Positions 1 through 10,296 of a stretch of DNA of 64,000 nucleotides are shown here, in pieces. Where the stretch lies: contig CBDEFO010000008.1 of NCBI GenBank assembly GCA_965237525.1, forward strand, positions 1,920,001-1,984,000, written 5' to 3'. This DNA is from Candidatus Latescibacterota bacterium. GTDB lineage: Bacteria; Latescibacterota; CBDEFO01. The notes beneath the pieces are model-generated. The model was not told the DNA's origin and searched no databases. It saw only the letters and a list, made by a program, of their open reading frames with translations. Position numbers and translations under genes: made by a program. Every line of letters starts with the position of its first letter. The stretch's first letter is position 1.

Positions 1-2058
1 GTCCCCTGAAAAGTGCGCCATGACCCTCAGCTCGATCTGAGAATAATCTGCCGACATCAAGACCCACGATCTGTCCTCCGTAATGAAGGCCTGTCGAATC
101 CGTCTTCCTATATCCGTGCGTATGGGTATGTTCTGGAGATTGGGGTCTGAGCTTGAGAGCCTGCCCGTGGCAGCAACGGTCTGGTTGAAAGACGTGTGTG
201 TCCTTCTGGTCTCTAAATTGACCAATTTGGGCAGGGCGTCAACGTAGGTGGATTTCAATTTGGATAGCTGCCTGTAATCCAGAAGCAATTTGGGCAGTCT
301 GTGTTCCTCTGCAAGTTCTTCCAAAACATCTACATCGGTGGAATAGCCAGTTTTCGTCTTCTTACCGGGGGGCAGTTTAAGCTTCTCAAAGAGGATATAG
401 GAAAGCTGTTGAGTCGAATTGATATTGAACTTTTCGTCCGCTTCCTCGTATATCCTCTCCTCCAAGTTTTCAAGACCCGTCTTCAGCTCCTCGGACATCT
501 CCTTTAAGAAGTCTATATCCACCGAGACACCCGACATCTCCATATCCACCAGGACATCCACCAGGGGCATTTCTATCTTAAAAAAGAGTTCTTCGAGGCC
601 CTTCTCCCTTAGCTCATTGGACAGAACGCTCTTCAGTCTTAACGTTATATCAGCATCCTCTGATGAGTAATCGCGGGCTGTATCTACAGGCACCTTGGCA
701 AAGCTTATCTGCTTTTTCCCTGTCCCTATCAGATCGGAAATCGGCGTCATCTTATAGCCGAGATACCGCATGCTCAACGAATCTAAGCTGTGCTGGCGGG
801 ATGAAGGGTCTATAAGATAAGCGGCTATCATAGTATCGAAAGTGAAGCCCACAGAATCTATGCCGTATCTTTTCAGGACGGTAATATCGTATTTTACGTT
901 CTGGCCCAACTTTTCGATTTTGGGATCTTGCAGGATCGGCTTTATCTTCTCTAATGTTAATTCTATGTCTACGTTGCCGCCCTCTTCGTGCCCTAAAGGT
1001 ATATAGAAGCCCTCTTTCTGCTTCAGCGACACGGATATTCCCAGTATCTCAGCCTGCATCGCATCCACGCCAGTGGTCTCTACGTCTATGCAAAATACCC
1101 CTTCTTTTTCTATCTTCTTCAGCAGACGCTTAAGTCCGTTCTCATCCACCGTCCTGTAGTCGGCATCTTCTGCTCTTTTTTCCTTGGCTATCTCGACCAG
1201 AAACCTGTTAAACTCAAGCTCTTTGAAAACCTCTCTCAGCGCCTCAAAATTGAACTGGTTGCGCTTCAGATCCTCTATTTTGTACTCTATGGGAACATCC
1301 GTTTTTATCGTCACGAGCTCTTTGGCTCTGGTCGCATCGTCTCTTTGCTGGTTTATGTTTTCTCTAACTTTCCTTTTACTTATGGCGTCGGCGTTTTTTA
1401 AAACCTCTTCAAGGCTCCCATATTCTACGATCAATTCTAAGGCCGTCTTGGGGCCTATTCCCGAGATTCCGGGGACGTTGTCCGACGAATCGCCCACCAG
1501 ACTTAAGATATCCACCACCCTATCGGGTCCTACGCCCATCTTTTCTAAGACAGCCTGTTTATCCATCAGTTCGGTCTCTTTGCCTCCTTTTGGCAGATTC
1601 ATAATCTTAACGTTATCAGAGACCAACTGCATAAAATCCTTGTCCCCCGTTACCAGAATAACCTCTATATCCTCCTTTTGTGCCCTTTTGGCCAGGGTTC
1701 CCATAATGTCGTCCGCTTCGAATCCCTCAAGCTCTAAGACGGTTATCCTCATTCCCTCCAATATCTGATATATCCTCGGCAGTGAGGCGCTCATCTTGTC
1801 CGGCATCTTCTGGCGGGTTGCCTTGTATTCCTTATACATCTTATGTCTGAAGGTAGGAGAGGGAGTGTCAAACACGACAGCTATATAATCTGGATCTTCA
1901 TCCTTTAAAAGCTTGATCATAGTCGATGTAAAACCGAAGGGGGCAGATGTATCTTCCCCCTTGGAAGTTGTCAGAGGTTCCCTGGAGGAAATACCATAGT
2001 ACGATCTATACGCCAGTGCCGAGCCATCTATTAGAAAGAGCCGTCTCCTTTTGTCCAT
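1..2058 (-). CDS. polA: DNA polymerase I (runs off the window start)
   Basis: My translation from ATG 2058 reads MDKRRRLFLIDGSALAYRSYY...FEADD...GDKD...LVGDSSDNVPGI.GIGPKTA (5'-3' exonuclease), IDVETT (3'-5' exonuclease) and FNQTVAATGRLSSSDPNLQNIP (PolA). Confidence 0.97.
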   Translation of the reverse strand, partial: MDKRRRLFLIDGSALAYRSYYGISSREPLTTSKGEDTSAPFGFTSTMIKLLKDEDPDYIAVVFDTPSPTFRHKMYKEYKATRQKMPDKMSASLPRIYQILEGMRITVLELEGFEADDIMGTLAKRAQKEDIEVILVTGDKDFMQLVSDNVKIMNLPKGGKETELMDKQAVLEKMGVGPDRVVDILSLVGDSSDNVPGISGIGPKTALELIVEYGSLEEVLKNADAISKRKVRENINQQRDDATRAKELVTIKTDVPIEYKIEDLKRNQFNFEALREVFKELEFNRFLVEIAKEKRAEDADYRTVDENGLKRLLKKIEKEGVFCIDVETTGVDAMQAEILGISVSLKQKEGFYIPLGHEEGGNVDIELTLEKIKPILQDPKIEKLGQNVKYDITVLKRYGIDSVGFTFDTMIAAYLIDPSSRQHSLDSLSMRYLGYKMTPISDLIGTGKKQISFAKVPVDTARDYSSEDADITLRLKSVLSNELREKGLEELFFKIEMPLVDVLVDMEMSGVSVDIDFLKEMSEELKTGLENLEERIYEEADEKFNINSTQQLSYILFEKLKLPPGKKTKTGYSTDVDVLEELAEEHRLPKLLLDYRQLSKLKSTYVDALPKLVNLETRRTHTSFNQTVAATGRLSSSDPNLQNIPIRTDIGRRIRQAFITEDRSWVLMSADYSQIELRVMAHFSGD

Positions 2059-2138
2059 GATCTGAACATCCTTTTTAAGGAAAAGATTTCCTTGATAATT
2101 TACGAGTAATTAGCTATTATCTTATACGACATGAAGGT

Positions 2139-2236
2139 GGGAATGGCTGAGTCACTGGTGGGCTTCGCGGACTTCAAATCCGTTGCGGCGTACTAACACT
2201 GCGCTGGGTGGGTTCGATTCCCACACATTCCCGCCA
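2139..2236 (+). tRNA. selC: tRNA-Sec (anticodon UCA)
   Basis: GGGAATG/CATTCCC acceptor arms ending GCCA; anticodon arm GCGGA-CTTCAAA-TCCGT; long variable arm; T-arm GTGGG-TTCGATT-CCCAC. Confidence 0.92.
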
Positions 2237-2368
2237 AAGAGATAGTAGCCCCCGCTCCCCCCTGATAGATTCAATCGGGGGTAGACAGGGTGGTCTCTCC
2301 TCCCTATTCAACATCAATGTCCCCACGGTGACCGAAGGGACACTGATCACCTGATTGGTTATTCCCTC

Positions 2369-3166
2369 TTAGAAACTGAGTGTGAAGTTCACTCCGATAT
2401 TGCCTGGAGCTAGGGTCGGGAACCAGGTGATGTACTGCTTTCCAGAGACGTTCTCTGTTCTGGGTACAACACTGCAGCCGACAATGTAACCGAGCCCTGC
2501 ACCGGCTACTACGTCGCTTAAGAAATGAGCATTCTTTGCAAGTCGGGAAAAGCCTACAAATGCTGCCGTGGCATAGGCGGGGATGGCGGCTTTGTGCCCA
2601 TAGTGATGGCCCACCACCGCCGCCCACATAAAGGAGTTGGAAGCGTGTCCGGAGGGGAAAGAAAGGTTGTCGTTGCCGTTGGGCCGTCGGCGGCCAATGC
2701 CAAGTTTGATGCTTCCTGTCAAAGCGCTGTTGAGCACATAGCCTTGTGCCAGCGAAAAAGACATAGAGCGGAAGCGGCTGTTCTCATATAAGTTACTGAT
2801 TAACAGAAGGCTGCCGAAAGTTGTACCTAAAAGAAGGCGCCTGCCTAAGATTCTGCCCACTTCGCCTACACTCTCGAGTCGCTCTTGAACATCGTCATCA
2901 AGCATGGAGGCGACGCCAGTGCCGCTCGAACTGACCAATAGCGGGGTTAAATTTGGGTACGAGAAGAGATCTCGAAAGTTCTTGACCAGTTGATAAGGGA
3001 AATCTTTCAAAGTGGGTCTTGGTAGCGATTGATTAGTTTGAGCAGTAGACGCTTCTTCAGCCTTCTGACTGAGGAGTTTGAGTTTAAGAGTGTTGGCCCA
3101 GGTATAAGGGCTATTCCAGCTTAAGGCGATTGCCAGAAAGATGAGGCTTAAGCGTGTCCTGCACAT
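2369..3166 (-). CDS. PAP2-family phosphatase with signal peptide
   Basis: K-x6-RP, SFPSGH and SR-x5-HFLSD motifs. Confidence 0.88.
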   Translation of the reverse strand: MCRTRLSLIFLAIALSWNSPYTWANTLKLKLLSQKAEEASTAQTNQSLPRPTLKDFPYQLVKNFRDLFSYPNLTPLLVSSSGTGVASMLDDDVQERLESVGEVGRILGRRLLLGTTFGSLLLISNLYENSRFRSMSFSLAQGYVLNSALTGSIKLGIGRRRPNGNDNLSFPSGHASNSFMWAAVVGHHYGHKAAIPAYATAAFVGFSRLAKNAHFLSDVVAGAGLGYIVGCSVVPRTENVSGKQYITWFPTLAPGNIGVNFTLSF

Positions 3167-3275
3167 AAGCTTCTGTCTCCTGATTATTTCGTTTACAAAA
3201 GCGAGAATCCAAAAACGTCATAATCTAATATACAAATAACTTCCCTTTATTGCAAAGATTTTGTCCTCGTATTAA

Positions 3276-4795
3276 AAGCCTTGTGAAAAACCCTTAGATA
3301 TCAGAAAGTAGTATAGAACAAGCATTGATAAAGCAGCTCCGATGTATTATATTATGTTATTGATAATATTATACATGGAGGAAACAATGACCCCACAAGA
3401 GCAGGAACAGACAAATCCGATGTTTCACTATTTTCAGATGGAGGATTTAGTTCCCGAGGATCATATCCTTCGTCAGATTGATGAGGCAGTTGATTTTTCA
3501 TTTGTACGAGACGTTGTATCAGATTGTTATTGCCCTGACAATGGCAGACCCGGTATTGATCCTGAATTAGTTGTTCGAATGATCCTTATTGGCTATCTGT
3601 ATAATTTGAGTGAGAATCGGCTCTGTCAGGAAGTGGGGATGCATGCGGCATATCGGTTGTTTTGTCATCAGACATTTGATGATGCGGTTCCGGATAGGAG
3701 CACGATCAACAAGCTTCGCAATCACAAGTGGGCATCCAGTGGGTTGTTTGAACGGATAATGCGTCAGGTAGTCCAGTGTTGCATAGATGTCGGTGTTGTG
3801 AGCGGTAAACACCTTAGTGTCGACGGCACTCAGATACAAGCTGATGCTTCAGTGAAAAGTATTGAGCCGATAGAACCCCCTGTTTCTCTTGATGATTATC
3901 TCAAGGGAATCGGTTTTGAAGGTGATAAGACAAAGGGTAGGTCCGGGCATCCTCAGGATAAAGACTTTCATGGTGAAAAGTGGACGAACCAAACACACCG
4001 TTCGACTACAGACCCCGACGCGCGCTTATACAGCAAATCGAAGGGCAAAGGGGCTTTTCTCTCGTTTATGGGCCATGATCTGATCGACACAAAAAGCAGA
4101 GTAATCCTTGAGACTCAGGGCACGCAGGCGACAGGGACAGCAGAGCCCGAAAGTGCCCTTAAGATGGTAGATGACCTTGAAACATACACCATGCCCAAAG
4201 ACATTCAGACACTTAGTGCCGATACCGGTTACGGTTCTGGTAATTTTATCGCTGATGTACTTGACCGGGGAATCATACCCCATATTCCTCTGCGAGCCGA
4301 TGAGAAGATTGAACCGATTCCTACATGGAAAAACAAGACAAATTCAGCACATATTCAGGCCGAACGGGATAGAAAAGTGCGAGAGGCAAAAGCCAGAAAT
4401 CATGCACGGTCTATCTCATTAACAGCTGACTACAAACTCTCCCGGAGACTCCGTAAACGCAGTGAACATATCTTTGCTGAAGCCAGGCAACAACACGGTA
4501 TGGGACGAGCCCGTTACAGAGGACCAGCCTCACTGAATGAACAGTTGAATCTTGTTGCAACAGTACAGAATCTCAAGAGGCTTGTATCTTTCATAAGAAG
4601 GGGGAAAGCGTCTATGTGTGCCCTGTCTGTCAAAGACAGTGCATCCTGTTCTTCAAACAGCTCCTATTCCTTGCTGACCAGAACTCTGATAAGACTATTT
4701 TGCTTATTCCACAGCAAAACGATACGATATGCTACTCTTTGACCCATAATCGGCGCTTCAGACGCTGCCTGGGACATAACTATTTCACAAGGCTT
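3276..4795 (+). mobile_element. IS1182-family IS, copy 1 (1520 bp)
   Basis: Terminal IRs AAGCCTTGTGAAA/TTTCACAAGGCTT; TTAA on both sides (3272-3275, 4796-4799). Confidence 0.92.
3387..4742 (+). CDS. IS1182/IS5-like DDE transposase
   Basis: LVPEDHILR..GRPGIDP (DUF772-like), VDGT, ADTGYGS, R.RSEHIFAE; ATG 3387 follows GGAGG. Confidence 0.9.
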   Translation: MTPQEQEQTNPMFHYFQMEDLVPEDHILRQIDEAVDFSFVRDVVSDCYCPDNGRPGIDPELVVRMILIGYLYNLSENRLCQEVGMHAAYRLFCHQTFDDAVPDRSTINKLRNHKWASSGLFERIMRQVVQCCIDVGVVSGKHLSVDGTQIQADASVKSIEPIEPPVSLDDYLKGIGFEGDKTKGRSGHPQDKDFHGEKWTNQTHRSTTDPDARLYSKSKGKGAFLSFMGHDLIDTKSRVILETQGTQATGTAEPESALKMVDDLETYTMPKDIQTLSADTGYGSGNFIADVLDRGIIPHIPLRADEKIEPIPTWKNKTNSAHIQAERDRKVREAKARNHARSISLTADYKLSRRLRKRSEHIFAEARQQHGMGRARYRGPASLNEQLNLVATVQNLKRLVSFIRRGKASMCALSVKDSASCSSNSSYSLLTRTLIRLFCLFHSKTIRYATL

Positions 4796-4889
4796 TTAAG
4801 ATCGTGCAAAAAGTGGTTGTTATACTCCAAGTTTATTGTTATCTTAACTACTATGTCTATAATAAGATAAGTCAAAGGGACAACTGCCT

Positions 4890-5663
4890 ATGGAGGGCCT
4901 TGAGCTTTTCAGGATCGGTTTTCTGCCTATACGGGTAATAGACATAGTGGACATATTGGCTATCGCCTACGTCTGCTATTACATTTTTGCGCTTTTGCGA
5001 GGTACAAGAGCGGCCCAGATGATCGTGGGGCTGATCGTTTTGCTTATTGCTTCGTTTGTGACTGACAGCGTGAACATGAGTGGGCTCTCGTGGCTCTTGT
5101 CGCATCTCCGGACGGCTTGGGTGTTCGCTATCATAATCTTGTTTCAACCTGAGTTGCGGCGGATGCTGATCCGTCTGGGACAGAGCAGGGCGATGAGGCT
5201 ATTCTACAGAGTGCAGGAGAGTCGCGTTGTGGATGAGGTAGTAAATGCCTCAAGGGTATTGTCGGAGCGGGAATACGGGGCTCTTATTGTCATAGTCAGG
5301 GACGTAGGCATAGCCGCCATTATTGAGACAGGCGTGCCGATTCAGGCAGAACTGTCGGCTGACCTTTTGACCACCATATTCACGCCGAGGTCGCCCCTCC
5401 ACGACATGGCGAGTGTGATACAGGGGAATCTCGTAGTGGCCGCAAAATGTGAGCTTCCCCTCTCTCAAAGTGCGATTATAGATAGATCGATGGGAACCCG
5501 GCACAGAGCGGCGTTGGGACTCTCAGAGGAATCAGATGCTGTTGTTATCATGGTATCTGAGGAGACGAGCCAGATATCCATAGCGGTGGATGGCAAATTC
5601 ATAAGGAATCTGAGCCCGGAACAGCTAAAGGACGAGTTGATAAGGCTCGTGGACAGAAGATAG
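4890..5663 (+). CDS. cdaA: Diadenylate cyclase CdaA/DacA (3 TM + DAC domain)
   Basis: IDIVDI..., IIILFQPELRRML, GALIVI, SPLHD, GTRHRAALGLSEESDA. Confidence 0.93.
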   Translation: MEGLELFRIGFLPIRVIDIVDILAIAYVCYYIFALLRGTRAAQMIVGLIVLLIASFVTDSVNMSGLSWLLSHLRTAWVFAIIILFQPELRRMLIRLGQSRAMRLFYRVQESRVVDEVVNASRVLSEREYGALIVIVRDVGIAAIIETGVPIQAELSADLLTTIFTPRSPLHDMASVIQGNLVVAAKCELPLSQSAIIDRSMGTRHRAALGLSEESDAVVIMVSEETSQISIAVDGKFIRNLSPEQLKDELIRLVDRR

Positions 5664-5689
5664 ACAGACGGATTCTGGAAAAGTTTGCA

Positions 5690-7084
5690 ATGACTGACAT
5701 CTCAGAGAAACAGGATAGTACAGGTTTACAGGCTCCCAGGGTGCTTGTGGTCGGGCCGGAGTCGGAGCATACAAAAGATCTGATCGTGTTCCTAAAGGGA
5801 GAAGGGCTGGAGATCTTATGGGGAAAAGACGGCGAGATGGGGTATAATATACTGGACTCCACTCACATTGATGTTATTGTAACAGAGCTGAAGGTGCACA
5901 GGATAGATGGGATGAACCTGCTGTCAATAGCCAAAAAGAGGAACCCTGAGATATGTGTGATTGTGATAGCTGATGAGGCAAACATAGAGCTTGCCACCGA
6001 GGCGATGCGTCAGGGCGCTTACGATTTTCAGTCCAAGCCTCTAAATTTAGAAAAATTGAAGGCGGTGATAGATAGAGCCATATCGCACCAGCGTCTCGTA
6101 CTGGAGGTGACAGATTTGTATGAGCGGCTGGATGATCGCCTGAGCTTCAGAAACATAGTCGGAAGGTCGAAGGCTATGGGCGAAGTATATGAGAAGATAA
6201 GGCAGGTTGCCCCTTCTCGTGCGACCGTGCTTTTGTGCGGCCAGACAGGGACAGGAAAGGAACTCGTGGCCCAGGCGATCCATCACAACAGCCCGCGGAA
6301 AGACAGTCCGTTTGTGAAATTAAGCTGCTCAGCGCTATCTGAAGGTGTGATCGAAAGCGAACTCTTCGGGCACGAAAAGGGAGCCTTCACAGGAGCCGTA
6401 TCACCCAGGAAGGGCAGGTTCGAGATAGCTGACGGCGGGACGCTCTTCTTAGATGAAGTCGGAGAGATAACCCCTTCAATTCAGGTTAAGCTCTTGAGGG
6501 TCCTTCAAGAGGGCGAGTTCGAAAGGGTGGGAGGAGACATCACACGGAAGGTGAACGTCAGATTGATAGCGTCTACAAACAGGGACCTGGAGGAGATGAT
6601 CCGAAGGGGAGAATACAGAAGAGATCTCTATTATCGTCTGAACGTGGTGACGGTGCATCTCCCGCGGCTGAGGGACAGGAGGGACGATATTCCGCTTCTG
6701 GTGGACGTATTCATAAGGGATTTCAGCGGGGAAAACGGCAAGGATATAACGGGAATTACCAGAGGAGCGATGAATATTCTGATGCAATACGACTGGCCGG
6801 GAAACGTAAGGGAGTTAAAGAACTGCATAGAGGGAATGGTGGTCCTGTCGAAGGAGAAGAGTCGTCTGGAGGTCACAGATCTTCCTGAGCACACAAGGCG
6901 TTCGGGGGCGGCATCTGATGAGGATATTCGTCTGAAGGTCGGAATGACCATGAGGGACATAGAAAAAGAGGCAATTAAGGAGACTCTGAAGCACGTGGGA
7001 TATAACAAGCCTATGGCCGCGGAGCTATTAGGGATAGGCTTAAGGACGCTCTACAGAAAGCAGAAGGAGTACGGAATAGATTGA
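5690..7084 (+). CDS. Sigma-54-dependent enhancer-binding protein (receiver-like + AAA+ + Fis HTH)
   Basis: GQTGTGKE, ESELFGHEKGAFTGA, GGTLFLDEVGE, WPGNVREL and a C-terminal HTH. Confidence 0.95.
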   Translation: MTDISEKQDSTGLQAPRVLVVGPESEHTKDLIVFLKGEGLEILWGKDGEMGYNILDSTHIDVIVTELKVHRIDGMNLLSIAKKRNPEICVIVIADEANIELATEAMRQGAYDFQSKPLNLEKLKAVIDRAISHQRLVLEVTDLYERLDDRLSFRNIVGRSKAMGEVYEKIRQVAPSRATVLLCGQTGTGKELVAQAIHHNSPRKDSPFVKLSCSALSEGVIESELFGHEKGAFTGAVSPRKGRFEIADGGTLFLDEVGEITPSIQVKLLRVLQEGEFERVGGDITRKVNVRLIASTNRDLEEMIRRGEYRRDLYYRLNVVTVHLPRLRDRRDDIPLLVDVFIRDFSGENGKDITGITRGAMNILMQYDWPGNVRELKNCIEGMVVLSKEKSRLEVTDLPEHTRRSGAASDEDIRLKVGMTMRDIEKEAIKETLKHVGYNKPMAAELLGIGLRTLYRKQKEYGID

Positions 7085-7129
7085 AGACTTGAAACCTTTA
7101 GAACCATCTGCGTAAAAGTGTTAGCTTAG

Positions 7130-8649
7130 AAGCCTTGTGAAATAGTTATGTCCCAGGCAGCGTCTGAAGCGCCGATTATGGGTCAAAGAGTAGCATATCG
7201 TATCGTTTTGCTGTGGAATAAGCAAAATAGTCTTATCAGAGTTCTGGTCAGCAAGGAATAGGAGCTGTTTGAAGAACAGGATGCACTGTCTTTGACAGAC
7301 AGGGCACACATAGACGCTTTCCCCCTTCTTATGAAAGATACAAGCCTCTTGAGATTCTGTACTGTTGCAACAAGATTCAACTGTTCATTCAGTGAGGCTG
7401 GTCCTCTGTAACGGGCTCGTCCCATACCGTGTTGTTGCCTGGCTTCAGCAAAGATATGTTCACTGCGTTTACGGAGTCTCCGGGAGAGTTTGTAGTCAGC
7501 TGTTAATGAGATAGACCGTGCATGATTTCTGGCTTTTGCCTCTCGCACTTTTCTATCCCGTTCGGCCTGAATATGTGCTGAATTTGTCTTGTTTTTCCAT
7601 GTAGGAATCGGTTCAATCTTCTCATCGGCTCGCAGAGGAATATGGGGTATGATTCCCCGGTCAAGTACATCAGCGATAAAATTACCAGAACCGTAACCGG
7701 TATCGGCACTAAGTGTCTGAATGTCTTTGGGCATGGTGTATGTTTCAAGGTCATCTACCATCTTAAGGGCACTTTCGGGCTCTGCTGTCCCTGTCGCCTG
7801 CGTGCCCTGAGTCTCAAGGATTACTCTGCTTTTTGTGTCGATCAGATCATGGCCCATAAACGAGAGAAAAGCCCCTTTGCCCTTCGATTTGCTGTATAAG
7901 CGCGCGTCGGGGTCTGTAGTCGAACGGTGTGTTTGGTTCGTCCACTTTTCACCATGAAAGTCTTTATCCTGAGGATGCCCGGACCTACCCTTTGTCTTAT
8001 CACCTTCAAAACCGATTCCCTTGAGATAATCATCAAGAGAAACAGGGGGTTCTATCGGCTCAATACTTTTCACTGAAGCATCAGCTTGTATCTGAGTGCC
8101 GTCGACACTAAGGTGTTTACCGCTCACAACACCGACATCTATGCAACACTGGACTACCTGACGCATTATCCGTTCAAACAACCCACTGGATGCCCACTTG
8201 TGATTGCGAAGCTTGTTGATCGTGCTCCTATCCGGAACCGCATCATCAAATGTCTGATGACAAAACAACCGATATGCCGCATGCATCCCCACTTCCTGAC
8301 AGAGCCGATTCTCACTCAAATTATACAGATAGCCAATAAGGATCATTCGAACAACTAATTCAGGATCAATACCGGGTCTGCCATTGTCAGGGCAATAACA
8401 ATCTGATACAACGTCTCGTACAAATGAAAAATCAACTGCCTCATCAATCTGACGAAGGATATGATCCTCGGGAACTAAATCCTCCATCTGAAAATAGTGA
8501 AACATCGGATTTGTCTGTTCCTGCTTTTGTGGGGTCATTGTTTCCTCCATATATAATATTATCAATAACATAATATAATACATCGGAGCTGCTTTATCAA
8601 TGCTTGTTCTATACTACTTTCTGATATCTAAGGGTTTTTCACAAGGCTT
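7130..8649 (-). mobile_element. IS1182-family IS, copy 2 (inverted, near-identical to copy 1)
   Basis: Same IRs; TTAG on both sides (7126-7129, 8650-8653). Confidence 0.92.
7183..8538 (-). CDS. IS1182/IS5-like DDE transposase
   Basis: Protein identical to copy 1 except one E->K near the N-terminus. Confidence 0.9.
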   Translation of the reverse strand: MTPQKQEQTNPMFHYFQMEDLVPEDHILRQIDEAVDFSFVRDVVSDCYCPDNGRPGIDPELVVRMILIGYLYNLSENRLCQEVGMHAAYRLFCHQTFDDAVPDRSTINKLRNHKWASSGLFERIMRQVVQCCIDVGVVSGKHLSVDGTQIQADASVKSIEPIEPPVSLDDYLKGIGFEGDKTKGRSGHPQDKDFHGEKWTNQTHRSTTDPDARLYSKSKGKGAFLSFMGHDLIDTKSRVILETQGTQATGTAEPESALKMVDDLETYTMPKDIQTLSADTGYGSGNFIADVLDRGIIPHIPLRADEKIEPIPTWKNKTNSAHIQAERDRKVREAKARNHARSISLTADYKLSRRLRKRSEHIFAEARQQHGMGRARYRGPASLNEQLNLVATVQNLKRLVSFIRRGKASMCALSVKDSASCSSNSSYSLLTRTLIRLFCLFHSKTIRYATL

Positions 8650-8930
8650 TTAGTGTCTTGGAAAATATTACTACCTTCGAATCGGGATTGGTGGCTGCTT
8701 AATAGAATTGGTGACGGTTGGTGACCGTTTGCATAGAACTTTTGAAAAAACAAATTTTTTGAAAATGTGAACAGTTTATAGTAAAAGGTCACCAAGGTCA
8801 CCAAGTGAGCATTTTGGTCCATCATATTACCTTGATCTTTAACTCTTTGGAGCTCTTGATCTCTAACGTCTTGTAAATCTAAATTTCGATCTTCTGCTGA
8901 CCCACCAAGGCTCAAATTAGAAAATCCATT

Positions 8931-10184
8931 TTATCTTACTTCCCCCCACTCAACCTGATTGTATATACGGTTGAACTCCTGGCTGCCGTCGTTCTCGATG
9001 ACTTCCAGAGTAACACCGGGCACAAAGAGAGGTAGGTTGCCCGCGTAGAACGCCTGCTGATAATCCGACTCTCTTGTGAAAGCCCATGTCCTGGCCTCTT
9101 CTCTCCTTGAGCGGGGGGGCCAGCAGATCCTCAGCACCCGGCGCTTTTTGAGGTATTCGTCCTGTGGAGTCGGCGCACCGTCATCCACTCTGTACTTTTC
9201 GAGAGCGTCCTGGTCTATTTCCACACCCAGACCGGGCGCTTCGGGGCAGCGGATATAGCCGTCCTTAACCTCAAGGCGCTCCTTCAACAGGTCGTCTTCA
9301 AAGAGTTCGTGACAGGTGATAGCTGGCCACCGGGCGTGCGAGAGCACTGCGCCAAGATGGACTGTGAAGGCTGTCATAATTCCTGAGCCGACCATCTGGA
9401 GCCAGAAGGATTTATTGGACACGGCAGCAATAGTCCCCTGTCGGATGACGTTACCAGCAGAGCCGCTGATGACGAAGCCGTCGCAGACCTCCTCTTTGAG
9501 CGCGGTCATGATAGGCGGCGTGCCGAAGTGCAGACTGATAGGATGGCTGATCTGACTTCTGATCTGTCTGTAGCCTTCCACATCGGTCTGGGGTATTGGC
9601 GACTCGAAGATAGCCACGTTCTCCCTTTTTTCGAGTTCTTTTAATACAGGAAGGGCGTTGCCCGCGTTGAGGAGGAAGCCGTTGAAGTCCACATCTAACT
9701 TGAAGCTTTCAGGAACGACCTTTGCAATAGCGTCCACCTGCTGGATGATGTCGAACCAGGGCCGGGCCTTCAGCTTGAAAGAAGTATATCCGAGCCGCTG
9801 GGCCTCCTCTGCCTCCTGTGCCCAGTCCTCTGGGGGCATATCTATAGCCCACCAGGAAATGGGACACCAGTCTCGAACTTTCGACCCGATGAGCCGATAT
9901 ACGGGCACGTTCTCCTGTCTTCCTACGGCGTCCAGGATCGCTATTTGAACTGCGGGATTAATAGAATCGTCCCACAGAAGCTCAAACGGGTTCCTCGCGA
10001 CGAGATCCTGTGAATCCGCACCTTGACCATGCATTTCACCGTAGCCGATAACACCGGTGTCCATTCTTACCCGAAAGACGCACACGCGCTCCCCGTGAGT
10101 GCTGGCGCGGTGCATATGGCGCTCTGTCCGCGGGGAGGCAAAGGGCAGATCCAAAGTGAACATCTCAATCTGGTCGATCTTCAT
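8931..10184 (-). CDS. Mandelate racemase/muconate lactonizing enzyme family protein
   Basis: KLK motif; metal ligands DFN and ESP; C-terminal PEAPGLGVEID. Confidence 0.88.
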   Translation of the reverse strand: MKIDQIEMFTLDLPFASPRTERHMHRASTHGERVCVFRVRMDTGVIGYGEMHGQGADSQDLVARNPFELLWDDSINPAVQIAILDAVGRQENVPVYRLIGSKVRDWCPISWWAIDMPPEDWAQEAEEAQRLGYTSFKLKARPWFDIIQQVDAIAKVVPESFKLDVDFNGFLLNAGNALPVLKELEKRENVAIFESPIPQTDVEGYRQIRSQISHPISLHFGTPPIMTALKEEVCDGFVISGSAGNVIRQGTIAAVSNKSFWLQMVGSGIMTAFTVHLGAVLSHARWPAITCHELFEDDLLKERLEVKDGYIRCPEAPGLGVEIDQDALEKYRVDDGAPTPQDEYLKKRRVLRICWPPRSRREEARTWAFTRESDYQQAFYAGNLPLFVPGVTLEVIENDGSQEFNRIYNQVEWGEVR

Positions 10185-10296
10185 GTTTGTCTCTTTCCAA
10201 ATATGTAGTTTCTATGACTCTAGAATCTCATAAGGGCTCTTTGTGGGCCATTCAGGAGTGAGTCCCAGGAACATTATGCTTCCTACAAGATGTCTC

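Noticed and set aside
301..1768. Plus-strand ORFs over polA, and other antisense ORFs in the track
   Set aside because: They are shadows of well-supported genes on the opposite strand or in another frame.
3276..8649. Composite transposon that arrived as a unit
   Set aside because: The outer flanks differ (TTAA vs TTAG) and each IS has its own duplication.
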